The translations under genes were made by a program, and so were the position numbers. Source: an uncultured Clostridia bacterium (GTDB lineage Bacteria > Bacillota > Clostridia > TANB77 > UBA1234). Taken from it: DNA of 64,000 bases. This document shows positions 10,701-18,549 of this stretch, one piece after another. The stretch's first letter is position 1; each line of letters starts with the position of its first letter. The notes under the pieces were generated by a model, which worked only from the letters and a program-made list of their open reading frames with translations, was not told where the DNA came from and made no database searches. Where the stretch lies: positions 170-64,169 of the forward strand of contig CANQBB010000002.1 of NCBI GenBank assembly GCA_947588905.1, written 5' to 3'.

Positions 10701-13700
10701 GCACAAATAGGTAGTGTGTTTAACGAAAGACTTTTTGAAAAGGTAGAAGATAGAGAAGGTTGCAAATGGATGCTAGAATCTTCTGAACCAAAGAAGATGG
10801 TTGTTAAAGTTGATAATAATAACTTTAAGTTATTCTATGGTGAAATGAAAGCAATAGTTATTGTTAAACATATTAACGTAAATACAAATAAAAGTATTAT
10901 TGATGACATAGTGGCAAAAGTAAAACTTGGAGGAGTGTTTGTTCCAAATATTCCAGAAAAAATATTTGATTCTAACAAGCTACAATGGAGTTTCATAGGA
11001 GATAAGAATTTTTCTATTGTTGTAAAAGAAAACGAACAAGAAAATATAGTAATGCTTCAATATGATGAAACATTGGCAAAAGTAAATGTAAAATACCAAG
11101 ATACATATAATAATAAATTGCGTGATGATATAGATTATGATTATCAGATTGGTAAAGATGTAGACTTAAAGAATATGGAAAAATTTATCGACAACAATGG
11201 AATAGGCTGGAAACTACAATCTTCAAAAACTAAAAATAATAAAGTACAAGAATCTGGTAACGAAGTTGTAAATACTTATGAGCCTTGGTATTCAGAAGTT
11301 AAGGTTAGATATTTAAATGATAAAGATGAAGAAATTGCTGATCCTTTCGTTAAAAAGATACAAGTTGGTAGAGGATTTAAACCAACTTATGAAAATAGAA
11401 TAGAAGATGGAATAGGCTTATTATGGACATATTCTTCTATATCAGAAGAAGAAATTAAATTATCGGAAAACGGCAATACAATTGATGTTAAGTATGAACC
11501 AGTATATTCAAATGTTACAGAAAGATTATTTAATAAGGCTGAAGAAAAAATCGGTGATGAAATTGTAAATAAATATCAAGTTGGAAGTAATATAAAATTT
11601 ACTCCAGAAGAAATATATGTTGATAGTGAAACTAAAAAGTGGAACTTTATCAAAGTTGATAGACCTTCAATACGTGTTAAAGAAAGTGAAGAACAAAATA
11701 TTGTTAATAGAGTTTATGAACCAAGAATGACAGATTTAATAGTAAAAATGCTTGATGATAATAGTAATGAAATTGCCGACCAAAAGAAATATTCTGTACA
11801 AGTTGGAAGTATTTACAAAGCTAATGTTCCAAAAACACATATTGATAAGAAGACAGGATTAGGATGGGCACTTCCTGAAAATCCTGAAGATACTATGAAA
11901 GTAGATGAAGATAAATCTAAAAATATTCTTTCTGTAAAATATATTAAATATATGGTAAAAGTTACAGATAGAATTGTAGATTTAGATAAGAATATTATAA
12001 TTCCTGATACAGAAAAAATGTTGCAAGTTGGTACTACATATGCACCTCATATAGAACAAGTTTTGAATGACCAAGAAGGAAAAGAATGGTTGTATAATGA
12101 AAAACGTAAAAAAGATTTATTGTTTGATAGTGCTGAACAAGCAAAAGCATTTAAAGGTGAAAAACTTGAAATAACAGTATCAGAAGATGAAGAGAAAAAT
12201 ATTGTATTTCTTAAATATAAGCCATCTCTTGAAAAAGTTACTATTAAGTATCAAAATGATTTAGGAGAAATAATTGCTCCTGAAGAAGAAGTTGATGCTC
12301 AAATAGGTAGTGTATTTACACCTAACATAAAAGAAATGGTTGTAGATAGTAAGAAAAATAAATGGGCATATAACCCTAATAGTAAATCTACTATTACAGT
12401 AAGCAGAGATAAGACAAAGAATCTTATAGTTCTTTCTTATGAAGAAGAAAAGGCACCAATAATTTATCTTTATTGCGATGAATATGATAATGAACTTAGA
12501 GAGCCAAAGAAAAAATTGGCACAAATAGGTAGCATATGTACTCCTGAGATAGATAGTATTGTTTCTGATAATGAAGGAAAAGTATGGGAATATAAATCTG
12601 CTAATGTAGATAAAATAACTGTAAAAGATTCAGAGAAAGATAATATAGTTAAAGTTACATATGTTCCATTACTTATGGATGTAAAAGTGTACTTTAAAAG
12701 TAGAAAAGGAGAACTAATAGGAAGCGAGACACAGAAGGCTCAATTAGGAAGTACATTTAAACCTGCAACGAATGAAACTATAAATGATAAAGATTCTAAG
12801 ATGTATCGAATAATTGGTTGTGAACCTGAAGAGTTAGTTATTAAAGAAAATCCTATTGGTGTTGAAGAAGAAATAAATAAATTTAATGTTTCTTATGATC
12901 CTGTATTTAGCGATATTACAACGGTATATCAAGATGTAGATGGTAACAAACTAAAAGATGATGAAGTTATTCAATTACAAGTTGGTACAAAATATACTCC
13001 AAAGTTAATTCAATTTGTTAAAGATAGAAAAGGTATTCAATGGCAAAATATATCTGAAACAGTTGATGCTATTAGAGTTATGGAAGATCCAAAATCTAAT
13101 ATAATTAAAATGACATTTGAATTAGCTAAAGCAGAAGTTCTAGTTAGATATAAAGATATAGATGGAAATATTATTAGAGAATCTGAACGATTTGATTCTA
13201 AGATTGGTGAAGAATTTGTACCTAAGATAGAAGATATAATAGAAGATGCTAAAAGTAGAAAATGGGTATTTTCTATGGCTGACCCAGTTAAATTAACTGT
13301 TGGAAGTATAAATAATATTATAAATTTGATATATCAAGAAAAGAAAGTACCTGTTGTAATAAAGTATGAGACAATAGATGGTAAAAAACTAAAAGAAGAT
13401 ACAAAAGTAAATGTACAGGAAGGTTCACAATATACACCTAAAAAGAATTATCCTATTATATATGATGAAAATAATGAGATGTGGAGATACTTAGAGTTTA
13501 GACCATCGTCACTACTAGTAACAGATAAAGATTCTGAAAATATTATTATTCAAGTTTATGACAATAAAGAAGAAAGTGAAAGAAAGCCTGTACTAGAAAA
13601 TCCATTTGCCAATACACTTACTGAAGAAGAAATGAAGATTGTTGAAGAGCAAACTGCAAAAATTGAAATGCAGAAGAAAGAAGAAGAAATGGCAAAAGAA

Positions 13701-14531
13701 AGAGCAGCTGCTAATAATACTGAAGAAGAAATATTTAAGGATAAAAATTTAATAGATTTATCAAGAAGTGTTGTATTAGAAAACAATGAAAAACAAGCAA
13801 TTGTTAAATTAAATGAACTTAATAAAAAGATAATTGGTGAACTAAATACTATGAAGACATCATTTGACTTAAATATGAAAGATTCAGTTCTTAGAAATAT
13901 TAGTCAATACATGCAAGAAGAAAAAGATATTATCGAAAAAGAATTAAGTGACATGATTACAAATGATAAATCTGGAAAGAAGTTTATGAAAGTATTAGAA
14001 GCAATTGTACAAGATGATTTTGAATATTCAAAAATGCAACAGAGAAAAAATGTTTTATTAACAGATTATTTTGTAAATTCAAAAATTTCAGCAAATGAGC
14101 AAGCTAACTATATATGTGAGCGTGGAAAGAATGAAAAAGGATTATTAGTATTGCAAGAAAAAATAAAAAATGAAAAGAAGAATATAGCTGAATTACAAAA
14201 ATTATTTATTGAGATGATATATGAAAGAGCAATGTTAGATAATTATTACAAGACTAGAACCAAGGCAAAAGATGATTACTTTATAAATGAAGCAGATAGA
14301 AATTCTATGGGTTCAGAAATTGTTATTCTTGTAACCAATATATTACCACGACAAGCTTATAGTATATTACAAAAAGATACTAATATATCTTTAGCACAAG
14401 AAAATGAATTAGATGCAATAATAAATCTATTAACACCACAACAAAGGACAACGTTGGAAAAGATGGTAGATGATACAAAAGATAATAGATTAAAGAAATC
14501 AATGCAAAAGAGATTGAAAAATATTACATAA
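7749..14531 (+). CDS. giant repetitive protein (2260 aa): N-terminal about 520-aa unique domain, about 19 tandem 74-aa MucBP-like beta modules, C-terminal about 350-aa coiled-coil-like region; no signal peptide
   Basis: Single uninterrupted ORF with the ribosome-binding site GAGGTGAAAAAGAATG. The modules repeat the pattern V.V.Y.D..G..I......Q[VI]G..[FY].P.......D..G..W........ENI[IV].V.YEP. The N-terminus is not hydrophobic. The C-terminus is rich in E/K heptad-like stretches. Confidence 0.8.
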   Translation: MKIIEKVLKNKLSQYGYNVDTISEKLKQIDFDLIDNQIAFENEAENFITIKEYNEPTVEIARMLANYNKYYIQNMIIEGEINYTTAMSSINTVMPVVDYKLSNSICIVATTTALNVEVIIYSPDARVAQMYGNQTYENAFSDERNKIAKEYYDAFVENGRVPEIKVKGILALLLSEYVIDELTITGANPKIKMYDNVDAYAENITEYKIKYINRKTNKVELAHKPIYIKRLGTGVSAGFISNDPYIKLDNLPEGADFPLNVISYYWTNATRNKKEEISIYIATKPYGNYKTYKEYRENSSNKYGELINALVLQFQKETGFSIDREYISNVLKKLNPELIYPSMDIIRDCMDNPADPVEPIRYKYKAISVPEDFESRLYISIEDNLGKRYKYKLTENVLDDLTRVGNKLEYTGEDGNIVRKQSVADFNVNACTAIIRRETLIDSTQIPGLLGYIYEDVEYIGTDMLPVPSIEVDFYFPLLAKSEISMFNGTNFESDMASFENANKFNATDGNTVIDTIPGTTYAVVRYVNSKGEVLKENKITNLFPGTPYVPEIIPIINDINGLEWVCSNSQYPSTVINMIPEYNVIEIKYVEKFSKVTIVYLNREGKKICDDVIETLQAGTTYDLSKKMQYTDEQNNDWRLVTARPQKLLVKDDESKNNIILIYDLEKEPVKVRFLKPDGEEVKEALVKDFQVGKQYTLQVDRIIIDKEGLGWVYNGKNPVSCMVEEDKENLIEVTYEEYKLPVVVKYQTEDGVVILNDYVEYLQVGKEFIPKYENDVTDFKLKRWKFKSLNKKELIVSKNKDENEIKVIYEPLLANVFIQLFDEMGKKIISPIQKEAQIGGEFSSGFLDDITDNYGKMWTKADEPKTLIVSDIEAENNITIKYKPLIVKVVVKFFDDERNELIPSKNYERQAGTKFIPEIIKKLESSDGRKWIYNDEKNSEVTVRKNEEENIVSIFYDKELTDVRLEFMDAYNNVIRDSTVVQAQIGSVFNERLFEKVEDREGCKWMLESSEPKKMVVKVDNNNFKLFYGEMKAIVIVKHINVNTNKSIIDDIVAKVKLGGVFVPNIPEKIFDSNKLQWSFIGDKNFSIVVKENEQENIVMLQYDETLAKVNVKYQDTYNNKLRDDIDYDYQIGKDVDLKNMEKFIDNNGIGWKLQSSKTKNNKVQESGNEVVNTYEPWYSEVKVRYLNDKDEEIADPFVKKIQVGRGFKPTYENRIEDGIGLLWTYSSISEEEIKLSENGNTIDVKYEPVYSNVTERLFNKAEEKIGDEIVNKYQVGSNIKFTPEEIYVDSETKKWNFIKVDRPSIRVKESEEQNIVNRVYEPRMTDLIVKMLDDNSNEIADQKKYSVQVGSIYKANVPKTHIDKKTGLGWALPENPEDTMKVDEDKSKNILSVKYIKYMVKVTDRIVDLDKNIIIPDTEKMLQVGTTYAPHIEQVLNDQEGKEWLYNEKRKKDLLFDSAEQAKAFKGEKLEITVSEDEEKNIVFLKYKPSLEKVTIKYQNDLGEIIAPEEEVDAQIGSVFTPNIKEMVVDSKKNKWAYNPNSKSTITVSRDKTKNLIVLSYEEEKAPIIYLYCDEYDNELREPKKKLAQIGSICTPEIDSIVSDNEGKVWEYKSANVDKITVKDSEKDNIVKVTYVPLLMDVKVYFKSRKGELIGSETQKAQLGSTFKPATNETINDKDSKMYRIIGCEPEELVIKENPIGVEEEINKFNVSYDPVFSDITTVYQDVDGNKLKDDEVIQLQVGTKYTPKLIQFVKDRKGIQWQNISETVDAIRVMEDPKSNIIKMTFELAKAEVLVRYKDIDGNIIRESERFDSKIGEEFVPKIEDIIEDAKSRKWVFSMADPVKLTVGSINNIINLIYQEKKVPVVIKYETIDGKKLKEDTKVNVQEGSQYTPKKNYPIIYDENNEMWRYLEFRPSSLLVTDKDSENIIIQVYDNKEESERKPVLENPFANTLTEEEMKIVEEQTAKIEMQKKEEEMAKERAAANNTEEEIFKDKNLIDLSRSVVLENNEKQAIVKLNELNKKIIGELNTMKTSFDLNMKDSVLRNISQYMQEEKDIIEKELSDMITNDKSGKKFMKVLEAIVQDDFEYSKMQQRKNVLLTDYFVNSKISANEQANYICERGKNEKGLLVLQEKIKNEKKNIAELQKLFIEMIYERAMLDNYYKTRTKAKDDYFINEADRNSMGSEIVILVTNILPRQAYSILQKDTNISLAQENELDAIINLLTPQQRTTLEKMVDDTKDNRLKKSMQKRLKNIT

Positions 14532-14543
14532 TAAAAAATAAAA

Positions 14544-14586
14544 AAGAAGAGGTTGTATAAAATTTAACAGCCTCTTCTTTTTATTG
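14544..14586. terminator. bidirectional intrinsic terminator (AAGAAGAGG-TTGTATAAAATTTAACAG-CCTCTTCTT)
   Basis: A 9-bp stem with A-run and T-run on either side. It lies between the giant gene and the convergent GH57 gene. Confidence 0.65.
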
Positions 14587-14604
14587 TTTAAATTAGTGAC
14601 AAAA

Positions 14605-16185
14605 TTATTTATAAAGTGTGTAATCTATATCCGGAAATATCAAATCTTTATATTCAATGTCTTCTAAATATTCTTCATTTATTTCATTCTTATCTATCAT
14701 ATCAGCAAGTGCATTAAATCTTCCAATATGATCTTTAACACGTTTATGAGCATATTCAACCATAGTATTTGCAGTTATTATAAAAGGCCAGTCACTACTT
14801 TGAGCAAGAAGCAATTCTCTTGCACATTGTTTCAATGCTCTTTCTTGCAATGGATATGGTTTTTGATATGTTTGAGCTAAATATTGCATTCTTTCAGCTG
14901 CATTGTGTAAATGTCTATATATATAATCGTTCGCAGGATTTAACCATACCTCATTAAAACCATGTGCTCCCCATGTAGATATAGATGGATTTGATTCTTG
15001 TATATTTGGAAATTTATTAAGATATTCGGTAGGAGTTATTAGTTCAATGGTATCCTGATTATAATGAATTTTTTTAAATAAAACATATAACCAATAAGGA
15101 CCTTCATACCACCAATGTCCATATAGTTCTGCATCATATGGACAAGTTATTATTGGAGGTATTTTCATATCATTACAAACAGAATTAACTTGCTCAATTC
15201 TAGAACTAATAAAATGGTCTGCCTGAAGTTCAGCAACTCCCATAGCATTATCTTTATTGTATAATTCTTTTTGATTTGTTTTTCCTGTAATTTTATAATA
15301 TTTTAATCCAGTATCAACTCTATGACCACTACGTGATACATATCTTTTTATATATTCCCATTCTGATTCATAACCAATATCTTTATAAAATTCTCTATAA
15401 TTTGGATCACCTGGGTAACCACAAATTGAACTCCAAACTTGTTTAGAACTTTCATTATCTCTTCCAAAAGCAACTAAACCATTTGAAGATATAATTGGAG
15501 CTAAGGTACCATATAAAGGTTTTGGATTGGCATTTAATATTCCATGAGTTTCTAAGAACACATATTTTATTCCGTATTTTAATAATGTTGATTCTAGTTC
15601 TGGTATATATGCACATTCAGAAAGCCACATTCCATTTGGATTTCTACCAAATGCTTTTTTATATGTATCTACACCTGTTGCAATTTGTACTTCAACTGCA
15701 GATGGATTAACGTTTAACAAAGGCAAAAATCCATGTGTTGCGGGACAAGCTATTATCTCTAAAACTCCTATATCTTGAAAATGCTTAAAAGCTTCTACTA
15801 AATCAGAATTATATTTTCGTTTATAAAAAATATAATATTCTTTAAAATTCCAAAAATACATTTTTGCTAAATCATTTAATTGCTTGTTGTCTTTTGTTCT
15901 TTTAATTTCTTTACCAGCTAATCTAATTCTTTCAATAAGATACATTCTATATCTTGCTTGAAGTAAAGGATCTTTTAGCATAGTGATTAGTGGAGGACTT
16001 ATATTCATAGTTATTCTAAATTTAATATTTTCATCTACGAGTTTTTGAAAATAAATTAAAAGAGGAATATAAGTTTCAGAAATGGCTTCGAACAGCCATC
16101 TTTCTTCTATATATTCCTCAGTTTCCGGATGCCTTACATACGGTAAATGTGCATGCAAAACAATATTTAAATATCCTTTTGGCAT
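14605..16185 (-). CDS. 1,4-alpha-glucan branching enzyme, glycoside hydrolase family 57
   Basis: 526 aa. The N-terminal LNIVLHAHLPYVRHPE is the GH57 signature. The size fits a GH57 branching enzyme. Confidence 0.85.
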   Translation of the reverse strand: MPKGYLNIVLHAHLPYVRHPETEEYIEERWLFEAISETYIPLLIYFQKLVDENIKFRITMNISPPLITMLKDPLLQARYRMYLIERIRLAGKEIKRTKDNKQLNDLAKMYFWNFKEYYIFYKRKYNSDLVEAFKHFQDIGVLEIIACPATHGFLPLLNVNPSAVEVQIATGVDTYKKAFGRNPNGMWLSECAYIPELESTLLKYGIKYVFLETHGILNANPKPLYGTLAPIISSNGLVAFGRDNESSKQVWSSICGYPGDPNYREFYKDIGYESEWEYIKRYVSRSGHRVDTGLKYYKITGKTNQKELYNKDNAMGVAELQADHFISSRIEQVNSVCNDMKIPPIITCPYDAELYGHWWYEGPYWLYVLFKKIHYNQDTIELITPTEYLNKFPNIQESNPSISTWGAHGFNEVWLNPANDYIYRHLHNAAERMQYLAQTYQKPYPLQERALKQCARELLLAQSSDWPFIITANTMVEYAHKRVKDHIGRFNALADMIDKNEINEEYLEDIEYKDLIFPDIDYTLYK

Positions 16186-16201
16186 TTAATTATACCTCCG
16201 T

Positions 16202-16726
16202 TTATTTTTGTAAATTATTCATTGAACTATATGTATCATCATAATCACCAAATGATAATTCAGTGTATTTCTTAAGAGTTTTTCTATTTTGAGTGTATAT
16301 TTTAAATTTATCTGTAATTGAAAGACAGATACAATTTCTAAATATAATATCTTCATTAAATTCACATGGAGAACTTCTTGGAATATGAGTTTGATTTGAA
16401 GATGAAATTAAAAAAGTTTTATCTTGATATTTTCTTAACAATTCAATTTTATAATCACAATCTGAATCTTTAACTTCGATATAGTAATTATTTGAAAATG
16501 GACTAATTTGTATTTCATAAGAGTAGTTCATCGTCAAATTGGTTATTCTTAAAAAAGGAGTGCAATTTTCGTATTTTTCATTTTGCTTAGAAAATGTTTG
16601 TATATCTTTGTCAGAAATATCCCAATAGGCAAACATTCTAGTTGGAGACTGCACTAGTAATTTTACACTAGTTTTGTCATATTTAGTTGGTAAATCATAA
16701 TATTCTGACTTAAAACTGCGTACCAA
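16202..16726 (-). CDS. DUF4912-like protein commonly paired with GH57 branching enzymes
   Basis: 174 aa, immediately upstream of and co-directional with the GH57 gene. Sequence-level assignment to DUF4912 is from memory only. Confidence 0.55.
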   Translation of the reverse strand: MVRSFKSEYYDLPTKYDKTSVKLLVQSPTRMFAYWDISDKDIQTFSKQNEKYENCTPFLRITNLTMNYSYEIQISPFSNNYYIEVKDSDCDYKIELLRKYQDKTFLISSSNQTHIPRSSPCEFNEDIIFRNCICLSITDKFKIYTQNRKTLKKYTELSFGDYDDTYSSMNNLQK

Positions 16727-16926
16727 AATATTACCTCCCTAATTTATCATCTGTACATCTATTAAAATATTTTATATTAAAAGTTATTTAAATTCAACAT
16801 TTTTAAAATATTTTTAAAAAAAATTTGTATTATCTTTACAAATAAAGTCAAGTTAGATAAAATTATAGTATAAATACACAAGAAAATTAAGATACAGCAG
16901 ATTAAATTTTGAGGGGAGTAATTTTT

Positions 16927-18267
16927 ATGAGAATAATGATGCTTTCTTGGGAATATCCACCAAGGATTGTAGGTGGTATTGCTAGGGTTGTACATGATTT
17001 ATCACATAACTTTGCTAAACAAGGACATGAAGTTCATGTAATAACTTATCAAGAAGGAGACACAAAAGAATTTGAAAAAGATGGAGATGTTTTTGTACAT
17101 AGAGTTTCAAATTATCCAATAAATGCAAACAATTTAATTGATTGGGTAATGCAACTTAATTTTTGTATGTTAGAGAAAGCATCGGCAGTTATAAAAGAGT
17201 ATGGAAAATTTGATGTAGTGCATGCTCATGATTGGTTAGTTGCTTATGCGGCTAGAGCAATAAAGAAATCGTATAAATTACCATTAGTTGCAACAATTCA
17301 TGCAACTGAAAGTGGAAGAAATAAAGGAATACATAATAAATCTCAAGGATATGTAAATGATGTTGAATGGTTACTTACATACGAAGCTAGTCATGTTATT
17401 TGTAATAGCTATTATATGAAAAATGAAATAAAAAATTTATTTGGTAAACCTGAAGATGATATTTTTGTTGTTCCAAATGGAATAAATGTAAATAAATTTG
17501 ATAATGAAGAAAGAGATTGGGAGTTTAGAAGAAATTATGCAGCTGATTATGAAAAAATAATTTTCTTTGCTGGTAGAATAGTAAATGAAAAAGGAATACA
17601 AATTTTATTACAAGCTGCTCCAAAAATTCTGGCTAATTATCCAAACGTTAAATTTGTAATAGCAGGAAGAGGACCATGCTTAGATGAATTAAAAGGTTTA
17701 GCAGATTATCTTGGAATATCAAATAAAGTTTACTTTACAGGTTATTTAAATGATGCACAAATTACTAAGATGTATAAAGCAATAGATATTGCAACATTTC
17801 CAAGCTTATATGAACCATTTGGAATAGTTGCATTAGAAGGAATGCTTGCAGGTGCAGCTACAGTTGTTTCTGATGCTGGTGGATTAAATGAAATTGTTTC
17901 TCATGGAATTGATGGAATGAAATCATATGCTGGAAATGCTAATTCACTTGCAGATTCTATACTTGAAGTTTTATTTAATGAGAATTTATGTAAGAGTATG
18001 GCGAGAAACGCAAGAGAAAAAGTTATTAGAGAATTTAATTGGGGTGTAATTGGAAAGAAAACGTTGGATGTTTATAAACTAGCAATTAAAGCTAATAAAG
18101 CTACTTTGAAATCAGATGTAAGCATAGAAAAATTAGCAGAAAAAGAAAGCTATGGAACTGCTACATGTGTTGATGGAAAAGATACAACAATTACCACAGA
18201 CACTACAGATACAGAAATAAAAGCATTGCATAATCCACTTAAGAAAAAAGTTTTAGGAAGAGCATAA
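16927..18267 (+). CDS. glycosyltransferase family 4 (glycogen/alpha-glucan synthase-like, GlgA-type)
   Basis: MRIMMLSWEYPPRIVGGIARVVHDL is the GT4 N-terminal motif. The C-terminal half is GT-B-like. Start taken at the ATG after the ribosome-binding site GAGGGGAG. Confidence 0.8.
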   Translation: MRIMMLSWEYPPRIVGGIARVVHDLSHNFAKQGHEVHVITYQEGDTKEFEKDGDVFVHRVSNYPINANNLIDWVMQLNFCMLEKASAVIKEYGKFDVVHAHDWLVAYAARAIKKSYKLPLVATIHATESGRNKGIHNKSQGYVNDVEWLLTYEASHVICNSYYMKNEIKNLFGKPEDDIFVVPNGINVNKFDNEERDWEFRRNYAADYEKIIFFAGRIVNEKGIQILLQAAPKILANYPNVKFVIAGRGPCLDELKGLADYLGISNKVYFTGYLNDAQITKMYKAIDIATFPSLYEPFGIVALEGMLAGAATVVSDAGGLNEIVSHGIDGMKSYAGNANSLADSILEVLFNENLCKSMARNAREKVIREFNWGVIGKKTLDVYKLAIKANKATLKSDVSIEKLAEKESYGTATCVDGKDTTITTDTTDTEIKALHNPLKKKVLGRA

Positions 18268-18270
18268 ATT

Positions 18271-18450
18271 ATGAAACATGGGGACGGAGCAAACTTTCAA
18301 TTTTGCCCCGTCCCATTGTTTGTTTCACATCTGTTTTGCTCTGTCCCATTGTTTGTTTCATCTCTATTTTGCTTCTGTCCATGTTTCAAAATTGAAAGTT
18401 TGCTCCGTCCCCATGTTTCAAATTGAAAGTTTGCTCCGTCCCCATGTTTC
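18271..18450. repeat. palindromic intergenic element, copy B: one inverted arm followed by a tandem array of about 32-nt direct units (ATGTTTCAAATTGAAAGTTTGCTCCGTCCCC), with two degenerate and two perfect units
   Basis: Read directly from the sequence. The 5' arm is ATGAAACATGGGGACGGAGCAAACTTTCAATTTTG. It is followed by 4-5 direct units, of which the last two are perfect reverse complements of the 5' arm, and ends in a T-run. Confidence 0.8.
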
Positions 18451-18471
18451 ATTTTTATTTGAAAAATTATG

Positions 18472-18497
18472 CATATTTTGAAAAACTTCTCATATAG
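18472..18497 (+). promoter_or_regulatory. candidate sigma-E-type promoter upstream of spoIVA (ATATT - 13 nt - CATATAGA)
   Basis: Matches the B. subtilis SigE consensus (ATATT -35, CATACA-T -10). Positioned 55 nt upstream of the spoIVA ATG. spoIVA is SigE-dependent in Bacillus. Confidence 0.35.
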
Positions 18498-18549
18498 ATT
18501 AACTAAAGTGATGTGTACAAACACAAAAACATAAGGAGGAGGATTTGTA

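Noticed and set aside
16777-16995. 72-aa minus ORF and the extended 16909 start of the GT4 gene
   Set aside because: They lie in the AT-rich promoter region. The GT4 gene is better explained starting at ATG 16927, after a ribosome-binding site.
18271-18450. Possible CRISPR array, given the repeated roughly 32-nt units
   Set aside because: The units are directly abutting with no unique spacers. One unit is inverted. The same arm occurs as simple palindromes elsewhere. No cas genes are nearby. It is a REP-like element, not CRISPR.
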